DNA of 64,000 nucleotides from Escherichia coli (GTDB lineage Bacteria; Pseudomonadota; Gammaproteobacteria; Enterobacterales; Enterobacteriaceae): NCBI RefSeq assembly GCF_011045215.1, contig NZ_CP049201.1; one strand, 5' to 3'. Shown piece by piece: positions 63,452 to 64,000 of this stretch (position 1 is its first letter; each line of letters starts with the position of its first letter). The notes under the pieces were generated by a model. It saw only the letters and a program-made list of their open reading frames with translations, ran no database searches and was not told where the DNA came from. The position numbers and the translations under genes were made by a program.

Positions 63452-64000
63452 CAGCGGAGATACTGGGTAACATGATTCGTCAGTACTTCAGCCAGGAGCG
63501 AGCAGAAGAAGAGACCATACAGGCTCTGAATCATCTGCGCAGGGTGCTGCATGAGGTCAGTCCTTTTGCACAGGAGCCTGTGGACTGTGTGCTGTGGGTG
63601 AAAGCGGATGAGGTGGTGGCCAATGATTATAACCCCAATGTCATGGCACCGGGTGAGAAAAAACTGCTGAAACATTCACTGGAGCAGGATGGGTTCACGC
63701 AGCCTGTGGTTGTCTCGGAAGAGAAGGAGCATTATCTGGTCGTGGATGGTTTTCATCGTCAATTACTGGGCAGGGAAGCAGGTACGGGAAAACGTCTGAA
63801 GGGCTGGTTGCCAGTGACCTGTATTAATCCGGACAGAAGGGGGCAGGCCTCACGTATTGCTGCGACCATTCGACATAACCGGGCCAGGGGGAAACACCAG
63901 ATAACCTCAATGTCTGATATTGTCAGAGACCTGTCACGTCTGGGCTGGACGGATGAACGCATTGGTACAGAGCTGGGGATGGACCAGGATGAAGTGCTGA
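63448..64000 (+). CDS. ParB-like nuclease-domain protein, IbrB-like (3' end lies outside window)
   Basis: Open frame to the window end; ParB N-terminal motif (VVDGFHR); GTG overlapping the upstream stop. Confidence 0.6.
   Translation, partial: MTAEILGNMIRQYFSQERAEEETIQALNHLRRVLHEVSPFAQEPVDCVLWVKADEVVANDYNPNVMAPGEKKLLKHSLEQDGFTQPVVVSEEKEHYLVVDGFHRQLLGREAGTGKRLKGWLPVTCINPDRRGQASRIAATIRHNRARGKHQITSMSDIVRDLSRLGWTDERIGTELGMDQDEVL

Overview
This window looks like an Escherichia coli-type chromosome: the end of a type II secretion operon (1-8.2 kb) followed by a large, mosaic horizontally acquired island that fills the rest of the window. All calls are from reading the sequence and the supplied ORF track, with family names from recalled motifs; no database search was run. 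The gsp genes (secretin tail gspD, then gspE-F-G-H-I-J-K-L-M) resemble the second T2SS locus of E. coli (the yghD/yghE side in K-12). At 8344-8362 only the last 19 nt of tRNA-Phe survive on the minus strand, with the tRNA terminator still in place, which is what an island integrated at pheV leaves at its integrase-distal end. The island contains, in order: an AbiEi/AbiEii pair and the conserved GTPase...CbeA/CbtA block (8.5-18.7 kb); an AT-rich segment with a 376-aa orphan protein; four YagK/YfjJ-like paralogs with a YfjI-like gene, AlpA and an IS110 transposase remnant but no integrase (21.5-29.2 kb); a ~950-aa SF1 helicase with ankyrin-like repeats (29.3-32.2 kb), my top candidate for an undescribed defence-type gene; an MFS transporter, M20 amidohydrolase and an unusually long AraC-family fusion protein; a YdiV-like degenerate EAL protein; an intact IS66-family element with an 8-bp target duplication; a Pap-like chaperone-usher operon with a Dam/Lrp-type GATC switch whose tip genes are replaced by three low-GC adhesin-like paralogs; PapI-like regulators; a shf-capU-virK-like cluster with exported proteins; and a PAPS-reductase-like plus ParB-like pair running off the window end. 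No rRNA, intact tRNA or CRISPR array was seen.
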